From an uncultured bacterium (GTDB lineage: Bacteria > Patescibacteriota > Minisyncoccia > Phycocordibacterales > Phycocordibacteraceae), in assembly GCA_947085985.1 (NCBI GenBank), contig CAMTYL010000004.1, forward strand, positions 61,547 through 125,546: a DNA stretch of 64,000 bases, written 5' to 3'. The notes beneath the pieces are model-generated. The model searched no databases. It saw only the letters and a program-made list of their open reading frames with translations, and was not told the origin of the DNA. How positions within the stretch are numbered: the first letter of the stretch is position 1; the number at the start of each line of letters is the position of its first letter. The translations under genes were made by a program, and so were the position numbers. Below, in pieces: positions 1-9,682 of the stretch.

Positions 1-80
1 CCATTGTCGCCCCTTCGTGCCCCGACTACACCCACGTAAATGGTAAGTACAACTTCAAAGGAGTAGGTGTTGGGATCCCC

Positions 81-602
81 TTGTTGTCGCAACTTCACAT
101 CTCCTTTCTTGATGTGCTGGCTGCGAAACTACCGAGCGCCCATTACGAAATCGTAGTCGCCGACCAGGAAGCCGAGGATACTGCCCTGTGCGTCAGAACC
201 GGCCTTACTCAAGATGAGTTTAGAAGTAGAATTCATCAATCACTGTTGGCGACAAGCGAGCTTCTGGCCGGTCGCGGGTGGAGGGTTTGCGCAATGACAA
301 AGCGCTTCCCTAGTTTGCGTCGTCTGGAGGGAGAAGTCGCAAAAGAGATAGCGGAAGATGTGGATCTTCGTGATCGAATCAAAAGCGACACCATGGCTCG
401 ATCAAACATGTATCGCAGTATAGGCGTTCACGATTATGAAGCTATGAAACTTCGCACAATCCGAACTGCCTCTCAGTATGGTGCGCTCGCCAAGATTGCA
501 GCTCAGGAGCAGATACTTATCTGCAACCACGAAACGGTAAATCTTGGTTGGTACAACCGTTATGGCGCGGCTGTGCTGCATAACCCGGTATCGGTGTACT
601 GA
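81..602 (+). CDS. hypothetical protein; the frame stays open to the window start, so the gene may begin upstream
   Basis: 173-aa ORF from TTG 81; no in-frame stop between position 3 and 81; no motif recognised. Confidence 0.35.
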   Translation: MLSQLHISFLDVLAAKLPSAHYEIVVADQEAEDTALCVRTGLTQDEFRSRIHQSLLATSELLAGRGWRVCAMTKRFPSLRRLEGEVAKEIAEDVDLRDRIKSDTMARSNMYRSIGVHDYEAMKLRTIRTASQYGALAKIAAQEQILICNHETVNLGWYNRYGAAVLHNPVSVY

Positions 603-610
603 AAACTAGT

Positions 611-1225
611 GTGCGGCTCGAACAGGGTCGCACACTTTTTTATGCTCTAATAATAAATAATCGTATGCACATCCGAAAAATACTTACCTACGACGTATAT
701 GCCAATACCGTTGGGGCGGCTCGCTACCAGCACGTAGTAAAACTACTCAACCAATCAATTGACCCGGATACACTACTGACCGATTCATTGGACTGTGGCA
801 AACAAGCTGTACTCACTTCGCCTCTAAAGCGAGCTGTGCAGTGCATAAAGAGAGACTCTGCACTATCAATTACGGCTTCACCACAACTTACAGAAATAGC
901 ATTTCCGCTACAGGAATATTGTACGGAGAATGACTTTCTTGAATATGGAAGCGTGGCCGTGAGAAAGGCATTTGTTCAGGCGTTTATAGAAGACAAACTA
1001 TGTGTTCCTCATAAGCAGCTGAAGAAGGAACTGGAAGACATTCTCATATTACGGGGGCAAGCGAAACCGCCACTGTGCATTTCGCATACTTTCAGAATGA
1101 AGTTACTCGAGATATACGCAAGTATAGGGGACGACTTATTCCGCAACCCATCTTTACTAGGTACATATGTCAGCCCGGAAAAGCACCTATACGAATTTGG
1201 CGAGATAATTGAAGTTCGAATATAG
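611..1225 (+). CDS. hypothetical protein
   Basis: 204-aa ORF from GTG 611 (first ATG at 665); AT-richer than neighbours; no motif recognised. Confidence 0.35.
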   Translation: MRLEQGRTLFYALIINNRMHIRKILTYDVYANTVGAARYQHVVKLLNQSIDPDTLLTDSLDCGKQAVLTSPLKRAVQCIKRDSALSITASPQLTEIAFPLQEYCTENDFLEYGSVAVRKAFVQAFIEDKLCVPHKQLKKELEDILILRGQAKPPLCISHTFRMKLLEIYASIGDDLFRNPSLLGTYVSPEKHLYEFGEIIEVRI

Positions 1226-1229
1226 CTCA

Positions 1230-1910
1230 CTACTTCCCAAGCTTCTTATCACTCACAATTTGCCCGTCATCAATTTTGATAATGCGCTCGGCATGGCTCG
1301 CAAACTCTTCCTCGTGCGTAACCATAATGATGGTCTGCCCTGCCTGGTAGAACTCGGTGAAAATAGCAAGAATGGCCTGCGACGATTCGTTATCCAGGTT
1401 TGCGGTTGGCTCGTCTGCGAAAAGAATGCCCGGCTCATGCGCTACCGCACGCGCAATAGACACGCGCTGCTGCTCTCCTCCTGAAAGCTGACTTGGCAGC
1501 CCCGCCACACGGTGTGCAAGGTGCACCTTTGCGAGTGCCTTCTCTGCTTTCTCATACGCTGCCTTTTTATCAAGTCCCTGCATCAACAGAGGCATGGCCA
1601 CATTCTCAAGCGCCGTGAGCTCGGGAAGGAGTGCGTAGTCTTGGAACACAAATCCAAATCGGTTGAGACGAAACGCGGATTTCTCATCGGCACTCATGGT
1701 GCGTGCGTTCACCCCTTCAATGACTATCTCTCCACTGGTGGGCTCGTCCAAAAGCGAAAGTTGATACAACAGCGTACTCTTCCCTGCTCCCGAGCGGCCC
1801 ATGATAGACACAAACTCTCCCGAATCAATCGTGAGATCAATCCCTCGCAGTACGGGCGTAGTGACCGTTCCATTTATAAAAGTGCGCGTGAGGTTGGTGG
1901 TGGTGATCAT
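1230..1910 (-). CDS. ABC transporter ATP-binding protein (MacB/LolD/FtsE-like)
   Basis: Walker A GRSGAGKST, signature LSGGEQQRVSIARA, Walker B ILFADEPT; starts 3 nt after the permease stop. Confidence 0.9.
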   Translation of the reverse strand: MITTTNLTRTFINGTVTTPVLRGIDLTIDSGEFVSIMGRSGAGKSTLLYQLSLLDEPTSGEIVIEGVNARTMSADEKSAFRLNRFGFVFQDYALLPELTALENVAMPLLMQGLDKKAAYEKAEKALAKVHLAHRVAGLPSQLSGGEQQRVSIARAVAHEPGILFADEPTANLDNESSQAILAIFTEFYQAGQTIIMVTHEEEFASHAERIIKIDDGQIVSDKKLGK

Positions 1911-1913
1911 AGG

Positions 1914-3179
1914 CTAATTGCGTCCGAGGATAGAACTAAGGGTATTCTTTCGCACAATGATGCGCGCAGGAATGTAGCCCGCGAGCAGTGTGACGGATAT
2001 CAGAATTCCGATACGGGTGAACGTCTCCCCGAGAGGGGCCACCAAGATGCCGTCAGAGAACGGGAAATCAATCGGGTTTGCTGCAATCGCCGGAGACAGG
2101 AGTCCGTAGAGAAGCACCAAACCAATTGCAGAACCTGCCACTGCATAGAAGATGGACTGAAATACGTAGGAGAATTCAATAGCTTGCCCACTAATACCGA
2201 TACCCTTCAGGATACCGATAAACTTGCGACGTGTGATGGCATTGATGAAAATCACAATGAATATGGTGATGGCAGCCACCGCAAGACCAAGCGAGCTGAA
2301 CACTGTGCCAAGCAGTGCAAAGGTCGCAATCATATCTTTCAGAAACTTTGGCTGCGCGTCTTCAAAGGTCTGCACTTTTGCCACATTCCCCACTCCATAG
2401 AGAAGCAGGTGGTCGCGCACCACTGCTGGGTCAATACCGTCCTTCACCTTTATCGCAATCTCGTCCACGTTCCCGTCGCTTCGCCCAATAAGGCCGCGCA
2501 TTTGTGAGTCCGACATGAACGCTGAGAGCGATATTTCGTCCACCTTCGTCTTCACAATTCCTTTCACGGTGACTTCTTTAGTAACATCGCCAACACGCAT
2601 GCGAATCTTGGTACCGACACCAACATCTTCAAGGGTGGTAAACGCTGGGGACTCAATGGGCAGGTACTGCTTTAGCAGATAGTGGCCGAGCACCACCTGG
2701 TCGTAGTCGCCCGCTTCAATAAACGAGCCCTCTACCAGGTTGTCACGGATGCTGGTGACCGCGTGCTCGCTACTTGCATCAATACCAACCAACTGTGCAC
2801 CGGCAGTGTTCGGCTTCTCGTCGTCGCGACGAGTCTTGTAGTTGGCTTCAAGGCGCGCGGATTCACGATAGCGCGGCGTGAACGACTCCACCTCTGGCAT
2901 TGCGTCAATAATTGAGAGCACGTTCCCTGTCGTTTCAATGTACTCCTTGTCCGAGAGCGAAGAGACGATAACGTCCGACGTGTACTTCTCGCGGGTGGCG
3001 TCCACTGCGCCTTGGATAAGACCTACCAAAATACCCGATACCACCACGAGGTTTAAGAATGTAAGCACCATCACAAAGATGATGAGCGAGGTGGTCCACG
3101 GATTTGAGCGCCGTAGCTGACGGAGTGCTAAGAAGAGCCCGACCTTCGCATTTAGTGCTGTGTGCGAATGACGAGCCAT
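1914..3179 (-). CDS. ABC transporter permease, FtsX/MacB-type with a large extracytoplasmic domain
   Basis: N-terminal TM helix, ~250-aa periplasmic domain, C-terminal TM bundle; start taken at ATG 3179 (ORF runs to GTG 3212). Confidence 0.8.
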   Translation of the reverse strand: MARHSHTALNAKVGLFLALRQLRRSNPWTTSLIIFVMVLTFLNLVVVSGILVGLIQGAVDATREKYTSDVIVSSLSDKEYIETTGNVLSIIDAMPEVESFTPRYRESARLEANYKTRRDDEKPNTAGAQLVGIDASSEHAVTSIRDNLVEGSFIEAGDYDQVVLGHYLLKQYLPIESPAFTTLEDVGVGTKIRMRVGDVTKEVTVKGIVKTKVDEISLSAFMSDSQMRGLIGRSDGNVDEIAIKVKDGIDPAVVRDHLLLYGVGNVAKVQTFEDAQPKFLKDMIATFALLGTVFSSLGLAVAAITIFIVIFINAITRRKFIGILKGIGISGQAIEFSYVFQSIFYAVAGSAIGLVLLYGLLSPAIAANPIDFPFSDGILVAPLGETFTRIGILISVTLLAGYIPARIIVRKNTLSSILGRN

Positions 3180-3189
3180 GACGTAGAAA

Positions 3190-4656
3190 CTATGGAAGCA
3201 CCACCACCTCACCGACAGACAAGCCCTCTAGAACCTCTACCATACCAAGAGAGGAAACAGGTCCGGTGACTACTGCGCGACGCTCGTCGGCCTTCCCAAC
3301 ACGAACGGTCACATAGGAGGTGGCATTCTTCTTTGCAACTGCGCCCTGCGGGACACTGACCACACCCTCTCGCTCGTCAGTGGTTATAACAATGTTTGCA
3401 GTCATGCCAGACTTCACGCGCTCGTCCTCTTCATTAAAGTGAAGAATGACGCGGTAGGTAGACACGCCGTCTCTGACCGTCTCTGCGGGGTCAATAGCAA
3501 CCACGTGTGCGGCGAACACCACACTCTCTCCATATGCTTCAAGCGTAACGGTTGCAGGATCACCTACTTCCAAATACGAGATCTGAATTTCTGGCACAAA
3601 ACTTTCGATTTCCAGTTTTCCAGCACTCATAATTGTGACCGCTGGGGTTCCCTGACTAACGGTGTCTCCGACTTCTATATCAAGCCGAGTAACTGTTCCA
3701 TTAAATGGAGCGCGCAGTACATACTTCTTCAACTCTGCGTCAAGCCGTGCAACTTCTGCACGAGCAACCGCAAGCATAGCGTCTGCAATAGTGGTGCCCT
3801 CCGTGCGCTGTTCAAGTTTTGCCTGTGCTTCTTCAATGGCGCGAGTGCGCTCGCGCACTGCCTGCTGGTACGCGTTGTAGTTTGCAGGATAGGTGGTGCT
3901 CTTAATGTTTGGCACGCTCACGAGCCAAATAGTACCGTGATACGTTGAAAGGTTCCCTGGAAATCGTACATAAAGCCCCTGTGTTCCGAGTGGTGTTGGA
4001 TCAGTCTCAGAAATAGATGACGCACCAACCTTCTCTAGACCAAATGTGTAAAGCCGATACTGATTCGTGTTTGCGTACTGCTCAACTCGAAATTTGTACG
4101 ATCCTTCCACAGAGCCCGCGTACAGACCAGTAATAATAGGAGGTGTGGCCGTGTAGGTAGCAGACTGTGGTATAGCCTCTAGATTTTCAGAAAGAAGTGT
4201 GCGGTAGGCGCTCGCAACCTTTGTATCTTGTTGGTTGCGTATCTCATCTAAATTCACTTGCTGATTTGCGCGCTCTACACGTCGTTGCGATTCCTCTGCA
4301 CGCGCAGCGGCCAGCTGTGCAGCAACGTTATCTGATGCAATTGCCGCCAACGGACTTCCTTCTTTTACTGAATCACCGACGCGTGCGTACACACGGGTGA
4401 TTCTGCCCACCTGCTCAAACGACATATCAACACTCTCCGCAGGTTCTACCTTTCCTGAAACCGATACCTTTTGAACAAAAGTGCCTGCATCTACTACGTA
4501 GAGCTCCTCTCCATTCTTTCCATGAGAGATAACGGCATAGACAGAAACAGCAACCACCACAACCAGGATGACAATCGCAACTCGCATATGCTTCCGGAAA
4601 AACGTACGCCCGCGCACTGCAAAACTACGCAATGCGGAAATACTTTTTTGTATCAT
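3190..4656 (-). CDS. efflux periplasmic adaptor subunit (HlyD/MacA family)
   Basis: TM anchor, long coiled coil (AAQLAAARAEESQRRVERANQQV..., AQAKLEQRT...), C-terminal beta-domain; first gene of the adaptor-permease-ATPase operon. Confidence 0.8.
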   Translation of the reverse strand: MIQKSISALRSFAVRGRTFFRKHMRVAIVILVVVVAVSVYAVISHGKNGEELYVVDAGTFVQKVSVSGKVEPAESVDMSFEQVGRITRVYARVGDSVKEGSPLAAIASDNVAAQLAAARAEESQRRVERANQQVNLDEIRNQQDTKVASAYRTLLSENLEAIPQSATYTATPPIITGLYAGSVEGSYKFRVEQYANTNQYRLYTFGLEKVGASSISETDPTPLGTQGLYVRFPGNLSTYHGTIWLVSVPNIKSTTYPANYNAYQQAVRERTRAIEEAQAKLEQRTEGTTIADAMLAVARAEVARLDAELKKYVLRAPFNGTVTRLDIEVGDTVSQGTPAVTIMSAGKLEIESFVPEIQISYLEVGDPATVTLEAYGESVVFAAHVVAIDPAETVRDGVSTYRVILHFNEEDERVKSGMTANIVITTDEREGVVSVPQGAVAKKNATSYVTVRVGKADERRAVVTGPVSSLGMVEVLEGLSVGEVVVLP

Positions 4657-4729
4657 GTGTTCTCATAATAGCATTCTATCTATCTAGACATTGGATGAGT
4701 ACTTAAGGGTGCGCTGCACATGTGCTGTA

Positions 4730-5404
4730 TTAGATACTGTTTTGCGCGATGGATTGCTCAAACAGTTCAGGCAACGGTGGGTGGTGTGCGTCCAGCGCTT
4801 CAACAAACTCATGCTTTGGCAGCAGGAATCGCGGGTTGTGTGCTCGCTCGTCCCCTATGGTTGAGTGCGTGCGGCTCTTATAGTCGTGCGCTGGATACAC
4901 TACCGTACTGTCTGGAAGTGCACCAAACACTTCGTGGAGCGATGTGTAGAGTGCCTCACTGTCCCCGAGCTGAAAGTCGGTGCGCCCGGTGCCACCAATA
5001 AGGAGCGCGTCGCCCGCGAACACCGCCCCACCCACAAGCAGTGAAATGCTTTCGTTTGTGTGTCCTGGTGTTGCAAGAATATGTAGTTCGGAGCTGCCGA
5101 GAGTTATCCGCTCGCCACCCTGTACGGGCATATCGTTTAGTTTAGACGGAGCAAGTGCGTGACGCACCAACAGTGCGCCAGTCTTCTCCTTTAGCACTGG
5201 TGCAGATGAAATATGATCAGCATGGGTGTGCGTTTCTATAATGTAGCGCAGGACTGCCTTTTGCTTTTGGAGCGCGTCTAGATAGTCCTCAAGAGGAATC
5301 TCCTGCGAAGGATCAATAAGCGCCGCCTCGTTGGACACCTCGTCCACCACTAGGTACGAGAGGCATCCTCTGGGCGAATGAAATGGGTAGTAGTTCATGG
5401 TCAT
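4730..5404 (-). CDS. MBL-fold metallo-hydrolase; persulfide dioxygenase (ETHE1/CstB-like) candidate
   Basis: HTHADH metal-binding motif, glyoxalase-II-like layout; directly abuts the rhodanese gene. Confidence 0.7.
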   Translation of the reverse strand: MTMNYYPFHSPRGCLSYLVVDEVSNEAALIDPSQEIPLEDYLDALQKQKAVLRYIIETHTHADHISSAPVLKEKTGALLVRHALAPSKLNDMPVQGGERITLGSSELHILATPGHTNESISLLVGGAVFAGDALLIGGTGRTDFQLGDSEALYTSLHEVFGALPDSTVVYPAHDYKSRTHSTIGDERAHNPRFLLPKHEFVEALDAHHPPLPELFEQSIAQNSI

Positions 5405-5734
5405 CTATTTCTTTGTTGGTAGCTTTGCCTGTTGCCACGCAATAATGCCGCCCGACACGTTCTTGGCGTGCGTCATACCAAGCCCGTGGAGGGCGCTTGT
5501 AGCCATTGCGCTCCTGCCACCCGAGCGACACATCACGTGAATAGAGCGGTAATCTTTGAGCTTGTGCGCGTGTGCTTCAAGTTGGTGGAGTGGAAGGTGT
5601 AGTGCGCCTGGCACAGCTACTTCAGACACCTCGTCATGGGTACGCACATCCACAAGAGCGTGCCCATCACTCCCAAGTGTTGCGTGCGCTTCTTCCACCG
5701 TCACGTTCTTAGGTCCAAATGACATTCCAAACAT
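5405..5734 (-). CDS. rhodanese-domain sulfurtransferase
   Basis: single rhodanese domain, active-site loop CRSGGRS. Confidence 0.85.
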   Translation of the reverse strand: MFGMSFGPKNVTVEEAHATLGSDGHALVDVRTHDEVSEVAVPGALHLPLHQLEAHAHKLKDYRSIHVMCRSGGRSAMATSALHGLGMTHAKNVSGGIIAWQQAKLPTKK

Positions 5735-5746
5735 AGATAGAGGAGA

Positions 5747-6022
5747 TTATGCGAGCGTAAACGCGGTGCTAATAATCTGGTCCAGACTCTTCTCCAGGTG
5801 CGCTTTACTCTTCCCTTCACGTACGCACTCCTGCGCATACTCACGAGCAAACGCCTCTCCGAAACGCTTTAGTCCATTAGTGGCTGCTTTCAACTGATAC
5901 AGCGTCTGGGTACAGTCCTCAGTATTCTCTGCCTCTATAGAGCGACGGAGTGCACCAATCTGTCCTTCAATGCGGTTCAACCGCTTTACGAGTTCACGCG
6001 ATGCTGTGGTGGATTTCTTCAT
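5747..6022 (-). CDS. CsoR/RcnR-family repressor (CstR-like persulfide/metal sensor)
   Basis: ~90 aa, LVKRLNRIEGQIGALRRSIE helix, conserved Cys in EDC and QEC; alternative start ATG 6040. Confidence 0.8.
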   Translation of the reverse strand: MKKSTTASRELVKRLNRIEGQIGALRRSIEAENTEDCTQTLYQLKAATNGLKRFGEAFAREYAQECVREGKSKAHLEKSLDQIISTAFTLA

Positions 6023-6040
6023 ATGGACCCAGTGTACCAT

Positions 6041-6057
6041 ATACCCCCCTGGGGTAT
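6041..6057. promoter_or_regulatory. CsoR-type operator palindrome ATACCCC-CCT-GGGGTAT immediately upstream of the repressor start
   Basis: perfect 7-bp inverted arms around a G/C tract, as in known CsoR/CstR operators. Confidence 0.55.
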
Positions 6058-6137
6058 GCAAGGGACCCTAACCACGTTGACCGACCGGTACTTAGGCTGT
6101 AGAACAGCAAAGGAGAAACAACGGCCGGGAGGGTCAA

Positions 6138-6485
6138 ATGGGAAGAAAGAATCGCCCGAGAACAGAGCCACGTGTTGGCGAGCCACCGAAGCTTTCCAAA
6201 TACGCTGACAAAAGAATGAGGCGTACTGAACGGTGTCCGCACCAAACTGAACAACACCAGGCCAGGGGGACTCGAGCAACAGTTTTCGCAGTTCCTATCA
6301 ACAAAGGCATCGTGTTCGTTCGAACAGACGCAGGACTCGAGCTGTCTATCAATATGTCCGTAGTGCGCCGCGACTACAAAAGTGGCGCGCCGCCCATCGG
6401 TTGGATTGTGGACTACGACTACGAGGCGAATCCCAAATGGAAGCGTCCTCGCGTGACTCGCATTCACAGCGTCACCCCTGCCTGA
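6138..6485 (+). CDS. hypothetical basic protein
   Basis: 115 aa; SD GGGAGGG 5 nt upstream of the ATG; terminator downstream. Confidence 0.45.
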   Translation: MGRKNRPRTEPRVGEPPKLSKYADKRMRRTERCPHQTEQHQARGTRATVFAVPINKGIVFVRTDAGLELSINMSVVRRDYKSGAPPIGWIVDYDYEANPKWKRPRVTRIHSVTPA

Positions 6486-6492
6486 AGAAGTG

Positions 6493-6530
6493 GGCCCCGC
6501 GGAGCAATCCGCGGGGCCTTTCTTATTTCT
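6493..6530. terminator. bidirectional rho-independent terminator
   Basis: GGCCCCGCGG-agcaa-CCGCGGGGCC hairpin followed by a T-tract. Confidence 0.6.
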
Positions 6531-7155
6531 TACTACAAACGGAGTTCAAAATAGGAGTAAGTCGCTCCGCGATTCTCTCATACCCTGCCTCGTTCGGGTG
6601 CACCTGATCACTCATATACTTTGAATTCGCAATAAGACCCGAGAGGATGTTTGGCACAAATGTGACATCGTACTCTTTTGCCAACTCTTTAAACATGGGC
6701 GCGTACGGGTCGCTCGGGAAACCGCCGAGCACTCCCACCAGTACCACGTGCGTCTTCCCGCCAGCCTGAAGACGCTCAATAAGCGTTGCGAGGTTTTTCT
6801 TTGTCTCTGCTAGCGGCGTCTTTCTAAGCGCGTCGTTGCCCCCAAGAAGCAGTATGGCAATGTCTGCCTTCCCTTCAGCTTCTTTCACCCTAGCAAGTCC
6901 GTCCGTAGTGGTGTCTCCACTGCGCCCATAGTTCTGAATAGGTATTCCAATACTTGCAGAGAGTTTTGTGACGAAATCTCCACCACGTGGCGCGCCGTAC
7001 CCTTCCACAAGACTATCTCCAAACGCAATGATTACCGGCCTCGGTACAATCGTATCGCAAGATGCTAACGCACTTTGCCTATTCAAAAAGAAGACGGCCG
7101 CAACACCCACCACGACAAGTACCAGAACGCTGCTGACAACAAGTGTCCTATTCAT
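6523..7155 (-). CDS. SGNH/GDSL-family hydrolase (lipase/esterase) with signal peptide
   Basis: block I FGDSL, block III LLGGND, C-terminal DQVHP. Confidence 0.8.
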   Translation of the reverse strand: MNRTLVVSSVLVLVVVGVAAVFFLNRQSALASCDTIVPRPVIIAFGDSLVEGYGAPRGGDFVTKLSASIGIPIQNYGRSGDTTTDGLARVKEAEGKADIAILLLGGNDALRKTPLAETKKNLATLIERLQAGGKTHVVLVGVLGGFPSDPYAPMFKELAKEYDVTFVPNILSGLIANSKYMSDQVHPNEAGYERIAERLTPILNSVCSKK

Positions 7156-7693
7156 GATTATTGAGATGACGTAACAGAACGAGCGCGCTGCGCTCTTCTG
7201 ACACCTGTCCGTCTAAACACATATTGCGTACCTCGTCTTTACTATAAAACGCAAAAGAAATATCTTCTCCCTCTTCTAGCTCCTGCTCTGTTTGCACATA
7301 GTCATTCACCACAAAGTAAAACAAATCCCATACCACTGTTGCGCCGCACACTGACCGGTGCAGGAACGAAATATCTTTTACTTCAATGCCAGCCTCTTCT
7401 CGTGCTTCTCGTATAGCTGCGCGCTTTGCCGCTTCTAAAATATCTACATCGCCTTGGAGCGCTGTATTATATTCCTCTAAGGAATCGTATACCTTCCCAC
7501 CTGGCAGCCGGTAATCATATGCGCCAAGCTCGCGCCGAAACTCCCTCGTCAGAAGAATATTTCCGTCCTTTTCAATAATCAGTCTTGTGCCCGGGGATCG
7601 TCTAGCAAATTCAAAGGTCTTCGTACGGTCTCCCACAAGAACCTCCTGTTGCACGACCTCAATGATAGTGCCCCGATGAGTGATTTTTTCCAT
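7148..7693 (-). CDS. NUDIX hydrolase
   Basis: Nudix box GGKVYDSLEEYNTALQGDVDILEAAKRAAIREAREEAGIEV; 8-nt overlap with the downstream gene start. Confidence 0.8.
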   Translation of the reverse strand: MEKITHRGTIIEVVQQEVLVGDRTKTFEFARRSPGTRLIIEKDGNILLTREFRRELGAYDYRLPGGKVYDSLEEYNTALQGDVDILEAAKRAAIREAREEAGIEVKDISFLHRSVCGATVVWDLFYFVVNDYVQTEQELEEGEDISFAFYSKDEVRNMCLDGQVSEERSALVLLRHLNNHE

Positions 7694-7710
7694 ACGATGT
7701 GAGTGAGCGA

Positions 7711-8673
7711 CTAATCTACAGCAAACCTAATGAGATTTCCTGTTTGTACAAGCAGGAACAGGATATAGAACACCAGCAACACGACACCCTCCCATCGCGA
7801 TAGCTGGCAACTTGTACGCAAGAATATAAACAGCAACACAAATCCGACAGCCATAAGGATACCCGTTTCAATGAACTGGCTTGGTTCAAGCATGACCGTG
7901 CCGCTTGCCACAGCTAATCCACCGAAAATAAGTGTGTTCATCGCAGCCGAACCAAGATAGTCTCCAAACGCAATATCTGCTCGACTGCGCAACACCGACC
8001 GCAGTGCAATTACCAGCTCCGGAAGGTTGGTGCCGATAGAAAGCATAAGGAGTCCAACCAGCGAGGCGGGCACGCTTAGACTGGTAGCCACAAACACTGC
8101 TTCCTCCACAAGAAAGTGAGCGGCGATAAAAATAGCAATAGCGGCGACACCTACCCTAAGCACGTAGCGATGGGTTGGTTCTGCTCGGTCTTCTTTAGTT
8201 TCCACCGTAAAAGTCCCGGGAGCACGTGTGTGGTAGAGCGCAAAGGCAACCGTTCCGTACACAAGCAATGCGAGGAGTCCTTCTGACTGTGTCACGTTGC
8301 CATCAAGAGTCACTAACACAGGCACCAAAATTACCGCCAACAGCATCAGCAGGGCTCGTGGCGATACCGTTCCCCGAAGCGACACTGTTCCACCAGCTAT
8401 AGCAAGGAGAGGAACAATAAGAAGCGTTATAACGAATGAGGCTCCAATAAGATTTCCAATGGATACGTCTGGTACACCAGCAATTGTGGAGTTAATAGCG
8501 ACTGATATCTCACCAATGGAAGTGAGGAAACCGAGCACAAAGAACGCCATGATAAACCCAGTGAGTTTGAACCTGGTTGCAAGGCGTGAGACCGCATCAA
8601 TAAGAACTCCCGCAAAAAACCAAATAATGGCAGCGGAGCAAAGAAACATAACTAAGTGTACAAAGGCTTCCAT
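7711..8673 (-). CDS. Ca2+/cation antiporter, CaCA family (YrbG-like)
   Basis: ~10 TM helices; alpha-repeats GEISVAINS and GTNLPELVIAL. Confidence 0.75.
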   Translation of the reverse strand: MEAFVHLVMFLCSAAIIWFFAGVLIDAVSRLATRFKLTGFIMAFFVLGFLTSIGEISVAINSTIAGVPDVSIGNLIGASFVITLLIVPLLAIAGGTVSLRGTVSPRALLMLLAVILVPVLVTLDGNVTQSEGLLALLVYGTVAFALYHTRAPGTFTVETKEDRAEPTHRYVLRVGVAAIAIFIAAHFLVEEAVFVATSLSVPASLVGLLMLSIGTNLPELVIALRSVLRSRADIAFGDYLGSAAMNTLIFGGLAVASGTVMLEPSQFIETGILMAVGFVLLFIFLRTSCQLSRWEGVVLLVFYILFLLVQTGNLIRFAVD

Positions 8674-8740
8674 ATCCAGATTCTACCCCACCCCCTGGTG
8701 CTCTCCCCAGTCTCGCTAAGACGCGGTACACTGTAGGGGT

Positions 8741-9010
8741 ATGAATATCAAGAAACAGCTCACCGTCGCCTGGAGCCTCGTCGTCGTGCTCGGCTTCCTC
8801 CTTATTGTCTCTCTTTTCTTCCTCGCTAACCCTAGGGGACAAAAAGACACAAATATTACCGCGCAGCGCGACCTCGTGCGCGAATACTGCACCAAAACTG
8901 ACCAAGAAAGCAAAGATGCCTGTGCAAAAGAGCTCCAGGACCTAAGCGATATGCTACGGGATTTCAGCACCGACCTTACCAAGGACGCCACCGTCAAGGG
9001 TAGCCTGTAA
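8741..9010 (+). CDS. small membrane-anchored hypothetical protein
   Basis: 89 aa, N-terminal TM helix, strong terminator downstream. Confidence 0.45.
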   Translation: MNIKKQLTVAWSLVVVLGFLLIVSLFFLANPRGQKDTNITAQRDLVREYCTKTDQESKDACAKELQDLSDMLRDFSTDLTKDATVKGSL

Positions 9011-9022
9011 AAAGTCCAGGAA

Positions 9023-9070
9023 GTAGGCCACGGAGTCCCCTTGGGACTCCGTGGCCTACTTGTTTATCCG
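9023..9070 (+). terminator. rho-independent terminator
   Basis: 17-bp perfect stem GTAGGCCACGGAGTCCC / GGGACTCCGTGGCCTAC then TTGTTTAT. Confidence 0.7.
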
Positions 9071-9112
9071 GCATTGGTGTGCTAAAATAACCAGTACCTA
9101 AGCCAATCACAC

Positions 9113-9682
9113 TTGAGTACTACAGAACGGACACGAATAAATCGCGAGATTCGCGCAGAAACGCTACGCGTTGTCGGCCCTGAGGGAGAAAACCTAGGGG
9201 TTCTCTCGTTTTCTGAGGCCCTCGCGGCAGCAGAACGCATGGGACTAGACCTGATCGAAATCTCGCCAAATGCGGTCCCGCCGGTTGCCAAGGTCATGGA
9301 TTATGGTAAATTTCAGTACGAGCAGAAGAAGCGAGAAAGCGCTGCCCGAAGCAAAGCCAAGGTCTCTGAGACTAAGGAAGTACAGATAAAGGTGGGCACT
9401 GGAGAGAACGACATGCGTCTAAAGGCCAACAAGGCCGCTGAGTGGCTAGAAGAAGGCCACCGGGTGCGTGCTGAGCTCTTCCTCAAGGGTCGGTACAAGG
9501 GAATGGATGAAGCCTTCCTAAAGACCCGCCTTGAGAAGTTCATCATGCTGATTCCTTACCAGTACAAAATCGCCGAGCCAGTAGCAAAGGCCCCAAAGGG
9601 ATTTGCGGCCATTCTGGAGCGCGAAGCCAAGGTAAAGCCAACGAGTGCGAGTATCGACAAGACCCCAATACCAACACCATGA
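9113..9682 (+). CDS. infC: translation initiation factor IF-3
   Basis: INREIRAETLRV..., LIEISPNAVPPVAKVMDYGKFQYEQKK; only an in-frame TTG start downstream of the TAA at 9083. Confidence 0.9.
   Translation: MSTTERTRINREIRAETLRVVGPEGENLGVLSFSEALAAAERMGLDLIEISPNAVPPVAKVMDYGKFQYEQKKRESAARSKAKVSETKEVQIKVGTGENDMRLKANKAAEWLEEGHRVRAELFLKGRYKGMDEAFLKTRLEKFIMLIPYQYKIAEPVAKAPKGFAAILEREAKVKPTSASIDKTPIPTP

Noticed and set aside
3180-3212. Longer N-terminus for the ABC permease (GTG 3212) and for several r-proteins (rplF, rpsH, rpsN, rplC, rpsL, rpsJ) as given by the ORF track
   Set aside because: Extensions are not conserved in these families. Internal ATGs give canonical N-termini and sensible intergenic spacing; the track's first codon is often TTG or GTG.
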